NCBI GenBank assembly: GCA_028871115.1
Contig: JAGWOD010000002.1
Coordinates: 2,144 to 66,143, forward strand
Reading direction: 5' to 3'
Source: Patescibacteria group bacterium
GTDB taxonomy: Bacteria; Patescibacteriota; Minisyncoccia; Phycocordibacterales; SBAW01
Length of the DNA: 64,000 nucleotides
Made by a program: the position numbers and the translations under genes
Part shown: positions 61,170 through 64,000 of the stretch, in pieces
Position numbering within the stretch: position 1 is the first letter of the stretch
Layout: each line of letters starts with the position of its first letter
The notes under the pieces: generated by a model
Seen by the model: the letters and a program-made list of their open reading frames with translations, nothing else
Told to the model about the DNA's origin: nothing
Databases searched by the model: none

Positions 61170-62231
61170 TTATAAGAGACGCTCGAGCGTCTTAGGATCC
61201 CAAGAACGAGCATAGGCAGTTTCAACGCTTATTTCCCCTGTGCGGACGAGCTCAGCAAGCGAACGATTCATATCGAGCATACCCTCTGAACTACCGGTCT
61301 CAATGACCGTCTGAATCTCATGAGTGCGTTTTTCGCGTATGAGATTCCCTACCGCATCGTTGTTGACGAGCAATTCATAGACTGGAATAAGTCCTCCAGC
61401 GATCCGAGGTACCAGGCGCTGTGAAAAAATGCCCGCGAGAGAACTTGCGAGTTGAAGGCGTATCTGTTCTTGCTGTATCGAAGGGAAGGAATCGATGATG
61501 CGGTCGATGGTCTGAGCGGCATTATTGGTATGGAGGGTTGAAAGGACAAGATGTCCGGTTTCGGCCGCCGTGACTGCGGTCGCGATGGTCTCAGGCGTGC
61601 GCATCTCCCCAATCATGACCACGTCTACATCCTGGCGAAATACACCCTGAAGAGCCGTCTGAAAATCAGCGGTGTCGATGCGAACCTCGCGCTGATCAAT
61701 GACCGATTTTTTATTGGTGAAAAGATATTCGATCGGATCCTCGATCGTGATGATATGTTCTGTCCGGGTCGTATTAATAAGCTCAATCATTGAGGCAAGC
61801 GTAGTGGTCTTGCCTTGCCCTACCGGCCCAACGACAATAAAGAATCCCTGCCTGCGGGCAGCGAACGTCTCAAGGACCGAAGGTAGGTTGAGTTCAGCGA
61901 GTGTCTTGATCTGCTGGGGAATGAGGCGGAGCGCAATGCCGATGCGTCCTCGTTCGAAGTAAGCGTTTCCGCGAAAGCGCGCTTTGGCGCCGTAGGTCCA
62001 AGCAAAATCAGCTTCTTTGGTTGCAAGAAATACTTTCTTTTGTTCGGCATTTAGAAGTTCTCCAAGAAGCCCCGAAAGATCGGCGTCAGTAAGCTCTGGC
62101 TCCGAAAGAAGTGTCGTGAGAGAGCCCGCAACTCGAGTAATGGGGCGGCTTCCCGCGATAAGGTGCAGATCGGATGCTCCTTGCGAGAGAACATTTTCAG
62201 TAAGATCAGTGAGTTTTTTTCGATATTCCAT
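61170..62231 (-). CDS. pilT: Type IV pilus retraction ATPase PilT
   Basis: ASDLHL, GP.G.GKTTTL, TIEDPIE, GEMR, AETGHL..STLHT, NLIRE. Confidence 0.93.
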   Translation of the reverse strand: MEYRKKLTDLTENVLSQGASDLHLIAGSRPITRVAGSLTTLLSEPELTDADLSGLLGELLNAEQKKVFLATKEADFAWTYGAKARFRGNAYFERGRIGIALRLIPQQIKTLAELNLPSVLETFAARRQGFFIVVGPVGQGKTTTLASMIELINTTRTEHIITIEDPIEYLFTNKKSVIDQREVRIDTADFQTALQGVFRQDVDVVMIGEMRTPETIATAVTAAETGHLVLSTLHTNNAAQTIDRIIDSFPSIQQEQIRLQLASSLAGIFSQRLVPRIAGGLIPVYELLVNNDAVGNLIREKRTHEIQTVIETGSSEGMLDMNRSLAELVRTGEISVETAYARSWDPKTLERLL

Positions 62232-62238
62232 ATACAAT

Positions 62239-62643
62239 CTAGAGTGAGGAAGAGCGGTTATTCATAATAGCAAGTACTTGCTCAACAGTCTCGGAGGGAA
62301 TGGCGGAAGCTTTCCCGATACAGGCTTGAGCACCGAGCGATTTCGCGCGTTTGACATCTTCTTCACTAGTCTGATTGGAAAGCGCGATTTTAACTGCACT
62401 TGGGGCCAATCTTTCCTTATTCATGATTTCGAGAAATTCATAGCCGTCGATATGGGGCATCACAATATCGAACACAACCGCCTCCGGGGAGAGACCGTCG
62501 CGTAGTTTTCCAAGCGCTTCATCGGCAGTATCTGCTTTCACGACTGAAAAACCACTCTGCTGAAATTTACGCGCATAGAGATCAAGGAGAAACGCGTCGT
62601 CATCAACCAGGAGCACACTTCGGGATGAAAGATTTTGGGCCAT
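62239..62643 (-). CDS. Stand-alone response regulator (CheY-like receiver)
   Basis: LLVDDD, FDIVMP, LSN, K; alternative start 62652. Confidence 0.85.
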   Translation of the reverse strand: MAQNLSSRSVLLVDDDAFLLDLYARKFQQSGFSVVKADTADEALGKLRDGLSPEAVVFDIVMPHIDGYEFLEIMNKERLAPSAVKIALSNQTSEEDVKRAKSLGAQACIGKASAIPSETVEQVLAIMNNRSSSL

Positions 62644-62648
62644 AGAAA

Positions 62649-64000
62649 TCACACTTCAAGTTCGGCGGGCGCTCCGCTCCCCTCTTCCTCACTCGGTGGC
62701 GCGACAGTATCCACCACTTCCTCGGCAAGATCGAATTCACCACCCAGAGTATTCACTTCTTCAAACGGCACCTGCCCTTGTGCAGATTTAATGATGGCAT
62801 CCTCTTTTATCGTCAACATGCCTTCTTTTCGGACTACCGCATACAGTTCGTCTTGGGGCTTACCCGATAGAATAGCTCGCTCAAGTTCCGCGCTCATGCT
62901 GAACATTTCAAAGACCGCTGTGCGGCCACGCGTCCCCGAAGGACACTCGGGCGTAGATTTAAGACGATAGAGGTGATCAAGGGAAGGTACTTCACTCCGA
63001 TATTCTTTCGGAAGATCGGCGAATTGCTTCTCCAGGAGTTCTTTAAGATTAGCGTCCACCTTCTCTTTCTCTCCAGCGTTCGGACAGAGCGTGCGCACCA
63101 AGCGCTGTGCCACGCCCAAAATCAAAGTTGGCGGAATGAGGTACGGATCAACACCCATATCAAGAAGACGCGGCACAATGCCCACGGAATCATTCGTGTG
63201 TATCGTCGAGAACACAAGGTGTCCGGTAAGCGCAGCCTGCACTGCAAGCCCTGCAGTTTCTTTATCGCGAATTTCTCCCACCATGATGACGTTGGGATCT
63301 TGGCGCAAGGTCGTACGAAGCCCGTTGGCGAAGGTATAGCCGATTTCGGGACGAACTTGGGACTGCGAAACGCCGGGGATGGTGTATTCAACTGGGTCTT
63401 CAAGTGAAAGAACATTTTTCTTTTCCGTATCCATCTCTGAGAGAATCGAGTAGAGCGTCGTTGATTTGCCCGACCCTGTGGGTCCCGAGATAAGGATGAG
63501 GCCATAGGGCTTTTGAATAGCGTTTCGCAGGAGACGTAGATTTCGCTCGGAAAGTCCTAGCTTATTAAGCCGCCAATCCGCGGCTTGAATACCAAGAATG
63601 CGCATCTCCATTTTTTCTCCCCAGTACGTAGGAAAAGTCGAAACACGAAAATCTACTTTTTTACCTTTGACTCGGGCGGAGAAACGTCCGTCTTGGGGTT
63701 TGCGTTTTTCGTCAAGGCGCATATTGGAGAGAACTTTGATGCGCGTAACAACCGCCACATGCACCTTAGGAGGCAGCGTGAGGTTTGTAGAAAGTTCTCC
63801 GTCGATGCGGAAGCGCACTCGGGTGCGGTCAGGAAGGGGTTCTACGTGGATGTCAGAAGCTTGCTCCTCGACCGCATGACGCACGATGGTCGCCACTATC
63901 TTTGTGACTGGGGCATCCTCTGTTATTTCGCTAGCGCTCGTCTCCGCGATGATGTCGCCCTCAAGCACAGAGCTCGCAAATGCCTCTCCCTTTTTTACCT
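62649..64000 (-). CDS. pilB: Type IV pilus assembly ATPase PilB/GspE family, 3' part (runs off window end)
   Basis: ASDIHVEP, RFRIDG, PQDGR, GPTGSGKSTT, LEDPVEY, LRQDP, GEIRD, TGHLV.ST.HTN. Confidence 0.93.
   Translation of the reverse strand, partial: VKKGEAFASSVLEGDIIAETSASEITEDAPVTKIVATIVRHAVEEQASDIHVEPLPDRTRVRFRIDGELSTNLTLPPKVHVAVVTRIKVLSNMRLDEKRKPQDGRFSARVKGKKVDFRVSTFPTYWGEKMEMRILGIQAADWRLNKLGLSERNLRLLRNAIQKPYGLILISGPTGSGKSTTLYSILSEMDTEKKNVLSLEDPVEYTIPGVSQSQVRPEIGYTFANGLRTTLRQDPNVIMVGEIRDKETAGLAVQAALTGHLVFSTIHTNDSVGIVPRLLDMGVDPYLIPPTLILGVAQRLVRTLCPNAGEKEKVDANLKELLEKQFADLPKEYRSEVPSLDHLYRLKSTPECPSGTRGRTAVFEMFSMSAELERAILSGKPQDELYAVVRKEGMLTIKEDAIIKSAQGQVPFEEVNTLGGEFDLAEEVVDTVAPPSEEEGSGAPAELEV

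Overview
Chromosomal window from a small-genome bacterium, very likely Patescibacteria/CPR (Parcubacteria-like). The lineage is inferred from gene content: an ECF sigma-DUF5667 pair, a 23S-5S operon without 16S, a shortened RF2, a pilB-RR-pilT-pilC type IV pilus locus and conserved CPR-type hypotheticals; the standard genetic code is used. It carries housekeeping genes (typA, pyrG, ftsEX, prfB, secDF, folD, rodA, rplJL with L10 leader, gatCA, ligA), six tRNAs, 23S+5S rRNA, two ABC-2 exporters, AT-richer accessory genes downstream of tRNAs and a type IV pilus operon cut by the window end. No CRISPR array, integrase, transposase or reverse transcriptase was seen. The most interesting signal is a repeated ECF-type promoter motif, nG(T/C)AAG-N16/17-CGTC. 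It lies correctly oriented upstream of the ECF sigma gene itself, two divergent Ser/Thr-rich surface proteins, an OmpR-type two-component system and, 28 kb away, an operon of two cellulose-synthase-like GT2 genes that converges on a GH16 beta-glucanase. This is a candidate ECF/DUF5667 envelope and beta-glucan regulon. Also notable are a perfectly identical 129-bp segment shared by two tandem pilin genes, pervasive leaderless-type promoters and a domain-I-truncated RF2. All product calls come from motif recognition by eye; no database searches were run.
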